64,000 nt of DNA from Bacteroidota bacterium (GTDB lineage: Bacteria; Bacteroidota; Bacteroidia; Cytophagales; Cyclobacteriaceae): NCBI GenBank assembly GCA_018267135.1, contig JAFDZA010000015.1:29402-93401 (forward strand), in the 5' to 3' direction. A program made the position numbers and the translations under genes. Below the pieces are notes generated by a model. The model was not told where the DNA came from. It did no database searches and was given only the letters and a program-made list of their open reading frames with translations. Each line of letters starts with the position of its first letter. Positions within the stretch are counted from its first letter, which is position 1. Shown here one piece after another: positions 47,560-56,207 of the stretch.

Positions 47560-49923
47560 CTATTCTGCTTCGGTTACGGAAATCACAGTTTTGGCACTTC
47601 TAACGAAGGCATGGCTTTGGCCATTTCCATTTACAGTAGTTTTCTGTGGTTTTAAATTTTTTCTACGCGAAAGAATAAACCAAGTAAGTGGAATAACGCC
47701 CCCCAGCACAAAAATGGACCCGCCTACAATGCGCATCCACGTAAGCGTTTGAAATGCCTGGCTGTCAATAAACTCACTGCTGCGGGCAAACCATAATCCT
47801 TTTTTTATTACCACGCTGATTTGTAATAACCCGGCTGGAAATAGATCGAGTAATACCATTAACAGCAAGCCGATGTTAATACTCCAAAAAGCTATTGTAA
47901 TTAATTTTGGATTCCACTTAGACGATGTAAACAGAAGTTGACAGCAAAACAGCACAGCGGCCAGCGACAAATTTCCATACACACCCATTAAGGCCGCATG
48001 GCCGTGGTTTACGGTTAAGTAGGTGCCGTGTTCATAGTAATTGGCAATCGGCAGGTTAATGATAAAACCTAACACACCGGCTCCAAAAAAATTCCAAAAA
48101 TTGACGGCTACCAAAAAAAGAAACACCTGCGGAAATCCAAACGATTGGAGAGAGGAGGAAGGAACATTACCACTTAGCTGCTTGGGTAATTTTCTAAACC
48201 GCCAGGCCTCCAGCGTTAATAAAATCAAAGGCACTACCTGTAACGTAGAAAATACCGAACCAAGTGCCATGGTGAAAACCGGCTTGGCATTCCAATAGAA
48301 ATTATGTGAAATGCCTAAGAGCCCCGATCCCAGAAAAAGAAGACAGGCAATATAGATTACTCGCGTGGCTGCCTGCACGCTGACTAAGCCCATCAGCACC
48401 ATAAAATATCCGATCAGCACGGTGGTAAATACTTCAAAGAAAGCTTCAGCCCACATATGGATCACCATCCACCGCCAGAAGTCGGCAATGACAAAGTTGG
48501 TTTGAGGATTAAATAAAAATCCGGATACTAATAATAACAAGATACAAGCTGTGGTGTACACCAGCCAGTTGGGCAATGCCCATGGTTGTTTAAGGCTGAT
48601 GACCGGCTTCAGGCCGCGATAGAGGATTATCACCCAGGTTAAAAACACACTATACAGAAGCACTTGCCAGATTTTACCAGGCTCAAGGTATTCCCACCCT
48701 TGGTGGCCCAACCAATACCACTTTTCACCGGCCAAACCTTTGGGGCCTATAAAAATTCCCACTAACCCACCGGCTACTAAAACAACGATCATAACAAACA
48801 GAGCATTTACCCATTTTACCTGATTTTTAGGCTGCGCCTGACAAAGCATAGGCATTACAAACAAAGAAGCTCCAATCCAACAGGCGGAGATCCACAACAA
48901 TGAAAGTTGCACATGCCAACTTCGGGTAATGGTTATAGGGAGGGGCTCGGATATGTTAAATCCAAAGAAATTAACAAAGCCTACGAAATCGTGTACAGTT
49001 AATATGCCTGCCAATACCTGAACTGAAAACAGAATGATTGCGGCAAAGAAAAATTTGTAAGTAGCCCGCTGCAGCTGGCTGGGCTGAAAGGAGGAAACAT
49101 CTTGCCGCGTCATAAGGGGTGCGGCATTTTTAGTAAAAGAGGAGTCATCCAGTTTTTCCAGTTTTCCGTGGTAATACAGCACCAGCCCCAGAACAAGAAC
49201 AAGACCCAATGATCCGATAATACTCCAGGTTATTACGGCTGTGCTGGGTGTGTTTCCGGCTGTGGGGTCATAAGGCCAATTGTGTGTGTAGCTGTAATCT
49301 TCACCGGGCCGTTCTACTCCGCACACCCAGCTCCCCCAAAAGAAAAATGCAGTAAGCGATCTTATTTCATCAGCTCCTTTCATATACCGGCCCGGCTTAC
49401 CCGAATTTTTCCCTTCTGCACTCAGGTATTCTTGCTGATAGTATTTCTCTAATTCTTTTCCTGCAAAAGATTGGGCATCGGTTAAAGTTACGGTATTGTT
49501 GCCCGATTGGTAAGTGTTTGATTTTATTTCACGCTTTACCATTTCAGCTATGCCGTAGCGTTGCAAGGTTTGGTCGCCTGCATCGGTAGCGATTGATTTC
49601 AGGTAATAGTCTTTCATGAAAAAGGTTACCTGGTGCAGGGCTTCAGCGGTGTAGTCTGGCCCCCGATTGGCGCCATCGCCAAACATAGAGCCATATTCCA
49701 TCAGCCCATATTTTTGAAATACCTGTTGCCCGCTCATGATGTCAGCCTGCGAGAACAAGGTAACTCCATCTGCACTTTTAAAATCAGGAATAGGGGGGGC
49801 TTCCGTATAGGTATGCAGGCCTATCTGGGTTACCCCCATCAGGCTGACTACAAAAATTACAGAGAGGGAGATCCACCAATTGCGCGGCTTCAATAAGGAA
49901 GCCACAAAATCTTGCTTTGCCAT
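47560..49923 (-). CDS. Quinol-type NO reductase family protein with NO-dismutase (Nod)-like substitutions
   Basis: qNor architecture (YGSMFGDG, RSWHVQL, HMWAEAFFE, HGH) but SHNFYW, STLQVVP and RIVGG replace canonical HH, LE and GD. Start ATG 49923 (TAAGTTTG promoter element covers the ORF-track TTG). Confidence 0.9.
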   Translation of the reverse strand: MAKQDFVASLLKPRNWWISLSVIFVVSLMGVTQIGLHTYTEAPPIPDFKSADGVTLFSQADIMSGQQVFQKYGLMEYGSMFGDGANRGPDYTAEALHQVTFFMKDYYLKSIATDAGDQTLQRYGIAEMVKREIKSNTYQSGNNTVTLTDAQSFAGKELEKYYQQEYLSAEGKNSGKPGRYMKGADEIRSLTAFFFWGSWVCGVERPGEDYSYTHNWPYDPTAGNTPSTAVITWSIIGSLGLVLVLGLVLYYHGKLEKLDDSSFTKNAAPLMTRQDVSSFQPSQLQRATYKFFFAAIILFSVQVLAGILTVHDFVGFVNFFGFNISEPLPITITRSWHVQLSLLWISACWIGASLFVMPMLCQAQPKNQVKWVNALFVMIVVLVAGGLVGIFIGPKGLAGEKWYWLGHQGWEYLEPGKIWQVLLYSVFLTWVIILYRGLKPVISLKQPWALPNWLVYTTACILLLLVSGFLFNPQTNFVIADFWRWMVIHMWAEAFFEVFTTVLIGYFMVLMGLVSVQAATRVIYIACLLFLGSGLLGISHNFYWNAKPVFTMALGSVFSTLQVVPLILLTLEAWRFRKLPKQLSGNVPSSSLQSFGFPQVFLFLVAVNFWNFFGAGVLGFIINLPIANYYEHGTYLTVNHGHAALMGVYGNLSLAAVLFCCQLLFTSSKWNPKLITIAFWSINIGLLLMVLLDLFPAGLLQISVVIKKGLWFARSSEFIDSQAFQTLTWMRIVGGSIFVLGGVIPLTWFILSRRKNLKPQKTTVNGNGQSHAFVRSAKTVISVTEAE

Positions 49924-49941
49924 TACTTTAATATTGTCTAA

Positions 49942-49973
49942 CAAACTTAATAAAAGATAAATTAGTCCTGTAC
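49942..49973 (-). promoter_or_regulatory. Bacteroidota -7 element (49942-49949) plus adjacent putative Rrf2 operator (49950-49973)
   Basis: Minus-strand TAAGTTTG; ATAAAAGATA-AATT-AGTCCTGTAC shares 17 identical bp (GACTAATTTATCTTTTA, reverse strand) with the 53403 site. Confidence 0.7.
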
Positions 49974-50004
49974 TAAATCAAGCTATTTTTTTATTTTGAC
50001 AGGA

Positions 50005-51015
50005 TTATTTCAGCCAGCCGTTTTGTTTATACCAGGCAGCTGTTTCGCGAATGGCATCCGCTAAATGGTAGCGAGGCTGAAGGCGGGTTTCTTCCCATAC
50101 GGGGCGGCTGTTGCAAGCCCAATTAACGGCCGAGATTTCAGTCAGTTTTTCAGAGTTGAGGAACCGTGTGTTCCCCGAGTGTGCCAGCCATTTTTCATGA
50201 GTCTTAACAATAGCCTGCAAAGGTTTTAAGGGTACTGAAAGTCGTATTGTTCTTTTGTTTAGAGCCGATCGGATGATGCCGTTCAATTCTTCGTTGGTGT
50301 AGTGCTGCCCGTCCGAAACCAGAAATGTTTGGTTGGCTGCCGGCTCTTTAAGCAAGGTAATGGCGATGTGCGAAAAATCTTTTACATAAATGAGAGAGAG
50401 TATTTGCCGGTGGCTCCCCAGGGTAATCTCAAATCCATGGTTAATCATTTTAAACAATCGTAAAAAATCTTTATCACGCGGGCCAAAAACAGCGGTAGGT
50501 TTTAGAATGGTAGTAGGAAAATATCCGGATGATTTCACAAATTCTTCTGCCATTTTTTTACTCCGGGCATAAGCCGATACCGGGCACTCGTCATCCGTTA
50601 CGTCAATCGGCTTAAGTGTAATAGGGCAGCCCGGCCCATACGTAGCCAGCGAACTGATCAGCATGAAGCGGGTAAGCGGCATGGCCGTGCGATGCAGGGC
50701 CTTCATCAGGTTTTTTGTGTACAGACAATTTACCTCATAAAATTCATTTGGATGATGAGCAGAAGTAATGCCTGCATTATGAATGACATAGTCGAAAGAA
50801 CCATGTTGGATTTGAAAATCGGAAAGGGCTTTCGTCAACTCATCGGGTGCGGAGAGGTTCAGTTCAAGTAACTGAATATTGTATAGATTTAAAAATTCTA
50901 AACGGCTTGATTTCCGGATGCCGGCATAAACCTCAAGCCCCTGCCGGATAGCTTCTTCCACTAAAAAACTACCTATAAAACCGCTGGCTCCTGTGATAAG
51001 GATTTTCCGGCTCAT
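50005..51015 (-). CDS. NAD-dependent epimerase/dehydratase (extended SDR); candidate ceramide/3-oxoceramide reductase
   Basis: GASGFIG, HNAG, SSLA, YARSK (YxxxK); ATGA-coupled to the GNAT gene in an operon with spt. Confidence 0.75.
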   Translation of the reverse strand: MSRKILITGASGFIGSFLVEEAIRQGLEVYAGIRKSSRLEFLNLYNIQLLELNLSAPDELTKALSDFQIQHGSFDYVIHNAGITSAHHPNEFYEVNCLYTKNLMKALHRTAMPLTRFMLISSLATYGPGCPITLKPIDVTDDECPVSAYARSKKMAEEFVKSSGYFPTTILKPTAVFGPRDKDFLRLFKMINHGFEITLGSHRQILSLIYVKDFSHIAITLLKEPAANQTFLVSDGQHYTNEELNGIIRSALNKRTIRLSVPLKPLQAIVKTHEKWLAHSGNTRFLNSEKLTEISAVNWACNSRPVWEETRLQPRYHLADAIRETAAWYKQNGWLK

Positions 51016-52136
51016 CGAATTGACTTAAAATAACACCGCCTGCGTTTGTGCTGTTCTGTTTCAAAGTAATCCCACATGGCTTGCACTTTTGTATTTTTTT
51101 CCAACTCGGGATTGGTTTCGGCATATTCTACTCCGTGTTTAATGCACGATTTGGTTAGTTCATCAATAAGAATGGCGTTAACGCCTTTCCCCTGTAGATC
51201 GGGCCGTATGGCTACGATATACAAATCAATAATATTATTTTTTCGCAAGGCTTTAAGCAAATGAAAAATGCCAAACGGAAAAAGTTGGCCATTGGCTTTT
51301 TGCAGGGCTTTTGATAGGGAGGGCATGGTAATGCCAAAGGCAGCTAATTTTCCGTCATGGTCAGTAATGAGCGATACAAAATCTGTTTTGATGAATGAAA
51401 AGTATTGCTGTGTATAGTAATCGATTTGCTTATCGGTTAAGGGCACTACCCCAAACAGATCGGCATAGGTAATATTAATTAGTTGAAAGACATCTTTTGC
51501 GTAGGGTAAAACATCTTTGGCTCTGCGTAATTTTACCACTTGCAACTGGCATCGTTTTTTTACCAATGAAGCAATACGCTCTAAGTTTTCGGGTGGTTGT
51601 TTAGGAAGATGAATCAGGTACTCTACCCAGTCGGCCTCTTTTTGGTAGCCCATTTCTTCCATGTATTTTGGGTAGTAGGGATGGTTATAAATGGTAGCCA
51701 GTGTACCTACCCGGTCATACCCCTCTACCAGCATACCTTCGTGGTCTAAGTCGGTAAACCCCATGGGGCCGTGCACGGCTTCCATATTCATTTCGCGTGC
51801 CCACGATTCTACTTTGGCTAACAGTTCTTCAGCTACACCCCGGTCATCTACAAAATCAAACCATCCAAACCGCAAGTAATTTTTTTTCCATTTTTCAATA
51901 AAAGCATGGTTTAAGATGCCTGCTATACGCCCGGCTACCCGGCCGTTTTTATAAGCAAGCCAATACCGGGCTTCACAATAGTCAAATGCCGGGTTTTTTT
52001 CTTTGCGCAATGTATTGAGTTCGTCAAACTGCAAAGGAGGTACGTAATAAGGATTTCCCTTATACAAGTGGTATGGAAAATTAACAAAGTCTTTAAGTTC
52101 TTTAGAGGATGATACTTCTTTTACCAGTAAACTCAT
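51012..52136 (-). CDS. YghO-like GNAT-fold protein; candidate bacterial ceramide synthase
   Basis: FVNFPYHLY...YVPPL, RFGWFDF, VHGPMGFTDLD, YNHPYY motifs; 8 bp downstream of spt. Confidence 0.7.
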   Translation of the reverse strand: MSLLVKEVSSSKELKDFVNFPYHLYKGNPYYVPPLQFDELNTLRKEKNPAFDYCEARYWLAYKNGRVAGRIAGILNHAFIEKWKKNYLRFGWFDFVDDRGVAEELLAKVESWAREMNMEAVHGPMGFTDLDHEGMLVEGYDRVGTLATIYNHPYYPKYMEEMGYQKEADWVEYLIHLPKQPPENLERIASLVKKRCQLQVVKLRRAKDVLPYAKDVFQLINITYADLFGVVPLTDKQIDYYTQQYFSFIKTDFVSLITDHDGKLAAFGITMPSLSKALQKANGQLFPFGIFHLLKALRKNNIIDLYIVAIRPDLQGKGVNAILIDELTKSCIKHGVEYAETNPELEKNTKVQAMWDYFETEQHKRRRCYFKSIR

Positions 52137-52144
52137 AGCTACGG

Positions 52145-53362
52145 TTAGATGATTTCCAGTTTTCGGGAGATGGAATAGATTTTTGAAAGAGCACGGTCTA
52201 TTTGCTCAAAAGTGTGCGTGGCCATCAAACTGAACCGGATCAACGAACTATCGGAAGGCACCCCGGGCGAGCAAACCGGATTTACGAAAACACCTTCATT
52301 TAGCAACCGGATGGCTAACTGAAAAGTTTTTAAATCATCGCGCACATAGATGGGTATAATGGGAGTACAAGAGTGGCCCAGATCAAACCCCATTTGTTTT
52401 AAATTTTGTAAAGCATAGTGGGTGTTATCCCACAAACGCTCGATGCGTTCCGGTTCTCGTTTTATAATGTTCAGGGCTGCCCGGGCACTGGCTGCGGCAG
52501 GGGGCGATATACTGGCGCTAAACATGAGCGACCGGGCATGATGTTTCAAAAAATTGATAACTGATTTATCGGCCGCAATAAACCCTCCGATGGAAGCCAA
52601 TGATTTGCTGAAGGTGCCCATGATTAGATCTGTCTTTCCGGTCAGGCCAAAATGCGAAGCTGTGCCGCGGCCGCCTTGCCCGATTACGCCCAGTGCATGG
52701 GCATCGTCTACCATGATGTTTGCCCCGTACTGCTCGGCCAGCTTTGCTATTTCCGGCAGATTGGCAATATCGCCATCCATGCTGAAAATCCCATCCACTA
52801 CGATCAATTTAATTCGATCGTCATCGTGCGATTGCAAAATTTTTTCGAGCGAAGCCATGTCGTTATGCTTAAACTTCAGCGTTTTACTGAAACTCAGACG
52901 GCTCCCTTCAATAATGGATGCATGGTCTAACTCATCCAGAATTAAACAATCGTGGCGGTTCAGTAGTGCGGGAATCACCCCAATGTTTACCTGAAAGCCC
53001 GTGCTAAAAACTAAAGCAGCCTCTTTACCCACAAACTCGGCCAGTTGCTCCTCCAAATCAAGATGAATGTCTAAAGTACCGTTTAAAAAGCGTGAGCCGG
53101 CACAGCCTGTGCCATATAGACGAACCGCTTCATTGGCAGCCCACTTTACTTCCGGATGGTTGGTAAGCCCCAAATAACTGTTAGAACCGAACATAAGAAC
53201 CGGTTTTCCGTCAATCATCACTTCCGTGTCCTGATCCGACTCAATCACCCGAAAATAGGGGTAAAGCCCAAGCCGTTTCAGATTATCGGGCAAATCAAAA
53301 TCGGTGGCTCGCTGCACCAGCCGGTTCTTCCGGGTAGCCGGGCTTTTCAATAAAGTGTTCAT
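52145..53362 (-). CDS. spt: Serine palmitoyltransferase (alpha-oxoamine synthase family)
   Basis: GLYPYFRVIESDQDTEV, MFGSNSYLGLT, DHASII, DDAH, PLP lysine in GTFSKS; N-terminus resembles Bacteroidota SPT rather than BioF. Confidence 0.8.
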   Translation of the reverse strand: MNTLLKSPATRKNRLVQRATDFDLPDNLKRLGLYPYFRVIESDQDTEVMIDGKPVLMFGSNSYLGLTNHPEVKWAANEAVRLYGTGCAGSRFLNGTLDIHLDLEEQLAEFVGKEAALVFSTGFQVNIGVIPALLNRHDCLILDELDHASIIEGSRLSFSKTLKFKHNDMASLEKILQSHDDDRIKLIVVDGIFSMDGDIANLPEIAKLAEQYGANIMVDDAHALGVIGQGGRGTASHFGLTGKTDLIMGTFSKSLASIGGFIAADKSVINFLKHHARSLMFSASISPPAAASARAALNIIKREPERIERLWDNTHYALQNLKQMGFDLGHSCTPIIPIYVRDDLKTFQLAIRLLNEGVFVNPVCSPGVPSDSSLIRFSLMATHTFEQIDRALSKIYSISRKLEII

Positions 53363-53390
53363 GAATTTATTTTTTTATGTAAAAAACAGT

Positions 53391-53426
53391 CAAAAATAAA
53401 TAATAAAAGACTAATTTATCTTTTAA
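53391..53426. promoter_or_regulatory. Divergent promoter: spt -7 element (53391-53398, minus) and putative Rrf2 operator (53403-53426)
   Basis: Minus-strand TATTTTTG; palindrome ATAAAAGACT-AATT-TATCTTTTAA. Confidence 0.7.
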
Positions 53427-53480
53427 ATATTAGAATTTAATTTGCACCTGAATTAGGCTTAATTTTTTAGGCAGGATAGT

Positions 53481-53864
53481 ATGAAAATTTTTGCTGGTTG
53501 TTTAATTGTTTCGTTTTCTGTTTACTCGGCCGTGATCTATTGGCTGCCGAATACGGAAGCAGCTATGCTCCCTAAGGCGGTTGCCGGAAAAATGGTATGG
53601 CAACAAAAAAACTGTGTGGCATGCCATCAGATTTACGGATTAGGCGGCTTCTTGGGGCCGGATTTAACGAACGTATATTCGGGTAAAGGGCCTGATTATA
53701 TAAAAGCTTTTGTGCAGGCAGGCACTATTACGATGCCCGCCTTTAATCTGACAGACGAGGAATTGGAAAACCTAACATCTTTTTTGCAACAGGTGGATGC
53801 CTCAGGATACTCTGATCCCCGAAAACACAAAATAAATTTTGATGGAACAATTGAAAGAAAATAA
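53481..53864 (+). CDS. NorC-like membrane-anchored monoheme cytochrome c
   Basis: One N-terminal TM helix, GKMVWQQKNCVACHQIYGLGGFLGPDLT, distal MP. Confidence 0.85.
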   Translation: MKIFAGCLIVSFSVYSAVIYWLPNTEAAMLPKAVAGKMVWQQKNCVACHQIYGLGGFLGPDLTNVYSGKGPDYIKAFVQAGTITMPAFNLTDEELENLTSFLQQVDASGYSDPRKHKINFDGTIERK

Positions 53865-55227
53865 ACTGCCCCCCCCCAAACGCCTGATTATTACCGGTAT
53901 GGTAATGTTGGTAGTGGGTATGTTTTTTGGTGTGATAGGAAGTTTGCAATATGTTAGCCCGGGCTTATGGAAGAGTATTTTATCCTTTGATAAAGTAAGA
54001 CCGCTCCATGTTTCGTCTATTGTATTTTGGATATTGCTGACGGCCTCGGGAGGGGTGCTCACTTATGCCGGTGAATATGCAGGACGCCTTTTTTCTACGC
54101 GCTTATCCCAATTTCAATGGCTCTTTTTTTTAGTGGCTATAGTAGCCATCGGTATTAGTTATGTAAACGGAGTTTTTGGCGGCCGGGAGTATTGGGAGTG
54201 CCCGCCCATACTGGCTCTCTTTGTTGTTGCCGGTTGGCTGCTGTTTGCCATCAATATTATTGGCACCCTCCGCACATTAAAAAATCAACCGGTATATGTC
54301 TGGATGTGGCTTACGGGAGCTGTTGGATTTTTACTTATTTTTTTAGAATCCTATTTATGGCTGCTGCCGTATTTTCAGCAAACTATTGTGCGTGATATGA
54401 CGGTGCAGTGGAAATCGTATGGCTCGATGGTAGGTTGTTGGAATATGCTGATTTACGGATCGGGTATATTTCTTATGGAAAAAATCAGTTGCGATCAATC
54501 GTATGCTCGTTCGCGCATTGCTTTTGTCCTTTTTTTTCTTGGACTGATAAATCTGATGTTTAACTGGAGCCATCACATTTATATATTGCCTATTCAGCCT
54601 GTAATTAAGCATATCGGCTATTTAATCAGCATGACCGAGCTGTATATTTTAGGGCGTATTATTTATAAATGGAAAGAATCGTTGAGCTCTGTTCAAAAGT
54701 ATAAACACTTACTTGCTTTTCGTTTTTTATCGACAGCCGATGTATGGGTTTTTATTAATCTTGGGTTGGCTATCCTTATGTCGGTACCGGCCGTAAATCT
54801 ATACACGCATGGCACGCACATTACAGTGGCACATGTTATGGGCACTACCATTGGCATTAATTCTATGATTTTGATGGCCGTTGTTGTAGATGTGTTGGAG
54901 GGCACGTGCCTTAGCTTAGCCGCGATGCGCAATCGTATTTCAACTTGGCTGCTGGTGGCCAACGTTGCGCTCGTTGTTTTTTTTGGTTCGTTAATTACAG
55001 CCGGGGTATTGCGGGCACGCTGGCAGATGAGTAACCAAACCATTCCGTTCGGAGAAATGATGAAAGGACTTGCTCCCTATTTTGTTATTTTTTCTATTTC
55101 AGGCATTATTCTGTTTGTCTGTTTTTTTGCTATGGTTTTCCTTGTATTGAAAAGTACACTAAGTTGTTATTTTTACCGATCCTCCGTTCAGGAAGTGCGC
55201 CTAAAATCGCAGTGGCAATTAAAATGA
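53842..55227 (+). CDS. Atypical heme-copper oxidoreductase subunit I (NorB-like) with non-canonical metal ligands
   Basis: About 12 TM; RPLH, GREYWE, NWSHH, MTE and HGTHITVAHVMG motifs; helix VI reads QWKSYGSMVGCWN with no His. Confidence 0.82.
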   Translation: MEQLKENKLPPPKRLIITGMVMLVVGMFFGVIGSLQYVSPGLWKSILSFDKVRPLHVSSIVFWILLTASGGVLTYAGEYAGRLFSTRLSQFQWLFFLVAIVAIGISYVNGVFGGREYWECPPILALFVVAGWLLFAINIIGTLRTLKNQPVYVWMWLTGAVGFLLIFLESYLWLLPYFQQTIVRDMTVQWKSYGSMVGCWNMLIYGSGIFLMEKISCDQSYARSRIAFVLFFLGLINLMFNWSHHIYILPIQPVIKHIGYLISMTELYILGRIIYKWKESLSSVQKYKHLLAFRFLSTADVWVFINLGLAILMSVPAVNLYTHGTHITVAHVMGTTIGINSMILMAVVVDVLEGTCLSLAAMRNRISTWLLVANVALVVFFGSLITAGVLRARWQMSNQTIPFGEMMKGLAPYFVIFSISGIILFVCFFAMVFLVLKSTLSCYFYRSSVQEVRLKSQWQLK

Positions 55228-55655
55228 TATCGGTTACTAAAATATTCCGTTTTGAAGCGGCTCATGCCATCTATGCTTACCCGGGGCCGTGTGGCCATAT
55301 TCATGGCCATTCGTATGAGTTACACGTTACCGTTAGTCATCGGCATTATGAAAATAAATACTTGGAAGGGCAGGGGATGATTATTGATTTTAAGGAATTG
55401 AAAAAACGGGTGATGGTGAATGCCATTGATATGCTGGATCACAAACTGATTTTGTCAGACACCTTTCTGAGTCATTCTACTCAAACTTTCGATACAAATC
55501 AATTGGTAATTTTTCCGGTTGAGCCTACGGCCGAGAATATGCTGATTTTTTTGCGCGACCGAATTTCGGCAGTATTACCCGATGAAATTTTATTAGATTC
55601 ACTGAAGTTGTGGGAAACACGAGATTCCTATGCCACCTGGACAACCGATGTGTGA
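55224..55655 (+). CDS. queD: 6-carboxytetrahydropterin synthase (PTPS/QueD family)
   Basis: FEAAH, CGHIHGHSY (CxxxHGH), IDFKELK, PTAEN, LWET; ATGA overlap with the upstream gene. Confidence 0.85.
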   Translation: MISVTKIFRFEAAHAIYAYPGPCGHIHGHSYELHVTVSHRHYENKYLEGQGMIIDFKELKKRVMVNAIDMLDHKLILSDTFLSHSTQTFDTNQLVIFPVEPTAENMLIFLRDRISAVLPDEILLDSLKLWETRDSYATWTTDV

Positions 55656-55663
55656 AGTTCGCT

Positions 55664-56128
55664 TCATCTTATCATCCCTTTCATGTTTCCAAGTTTGTAG
55701 TTTTTTAAATAGGTTTTCCCTTTTACAAACTCGTCTCTCAATTCCTGAATTGTCTTTTTAAGCAGAATATCGCGCAACCGGGTTTTGCTTTCTTTTACTT
55801 GCCAATGTACCGGGCACGGAAAGGTATCGGAACACTCCTTTAATCCTAACACACAAGATTTTAATATATCGGTGCCATCAATGGCTTTCACGATAGAATT
55901 CAGCATAATAGGTTTGGCTTTGGGTTTGACATAAAAGCCGCCATTGGGACCTTTTGAGGAAGAGATAATTTTCTCGCGTACCAGAGTTTGAAGAATTTTG
56001 GCAGTAAACGATTGGGGCGAATCAGCCTCTCTCGCAATTTCTTTTACACTTAGCTTGGCACCATCGGCACTGCGTATAACAATGTATAATACTGCCCGAA
56101 TAGCATACTCGCATGCTCTTGAAAACAT
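55664..56128 (-). CDS. Rrf2-family transcriptional regulator (three Cys)
   Basis: MFSRACEYAIRA, SSKGPNGGF, CVLGLKECSDTFPCPVH. Start moved to ATG 56128. Confidence 0.92.
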   Translation of the reverse strand: MFSRACEYAIRAVLYIVIRSADGAKLSVKEIAREADSPQSFTAKILQTLVREKIISSSKGPNGGFYVKPKAKPIMLNSIVKAIDGTDILKSCVLGLKECSDTFPCPVHWQVKESKTRLRDILLKKTIQELRDEFVKGKTYLKNYKLGNMKGMIR

Positions 56129-56207
56129 AGACCGTTGGATTAAGAATAGATGGGTTCTCCCCGAAAGATAAAAATAACTTCCAAGAATATTCCCATACCG
56201 CAAAAGG

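Noticed and set aside
47560-49944. Plain annotation as canonical qNor (norZ)
   Set aside because: Three conserved positions differ (N548, Q569, G742); calling it ordinary qNor would hide the main signal.
52145-53362. 8-amino-7-oxononanoate synthase (bioF) or glycine C-acetyltransferase
   Set aside because: Same family, but no bio genes nearby and the N-terminal YPYFR...QDTEV motif plus GNAT/SDR neighbours favour SPT; not fully excluded.
53839-55227. Annotation as cbb3 oxidase CcoN or standard NorB
   Set aside because: No helix VI His, no cross-linking Tyr context, H-x-M in helix X, and no ccoO/P/Q or norQ/D neighbours.
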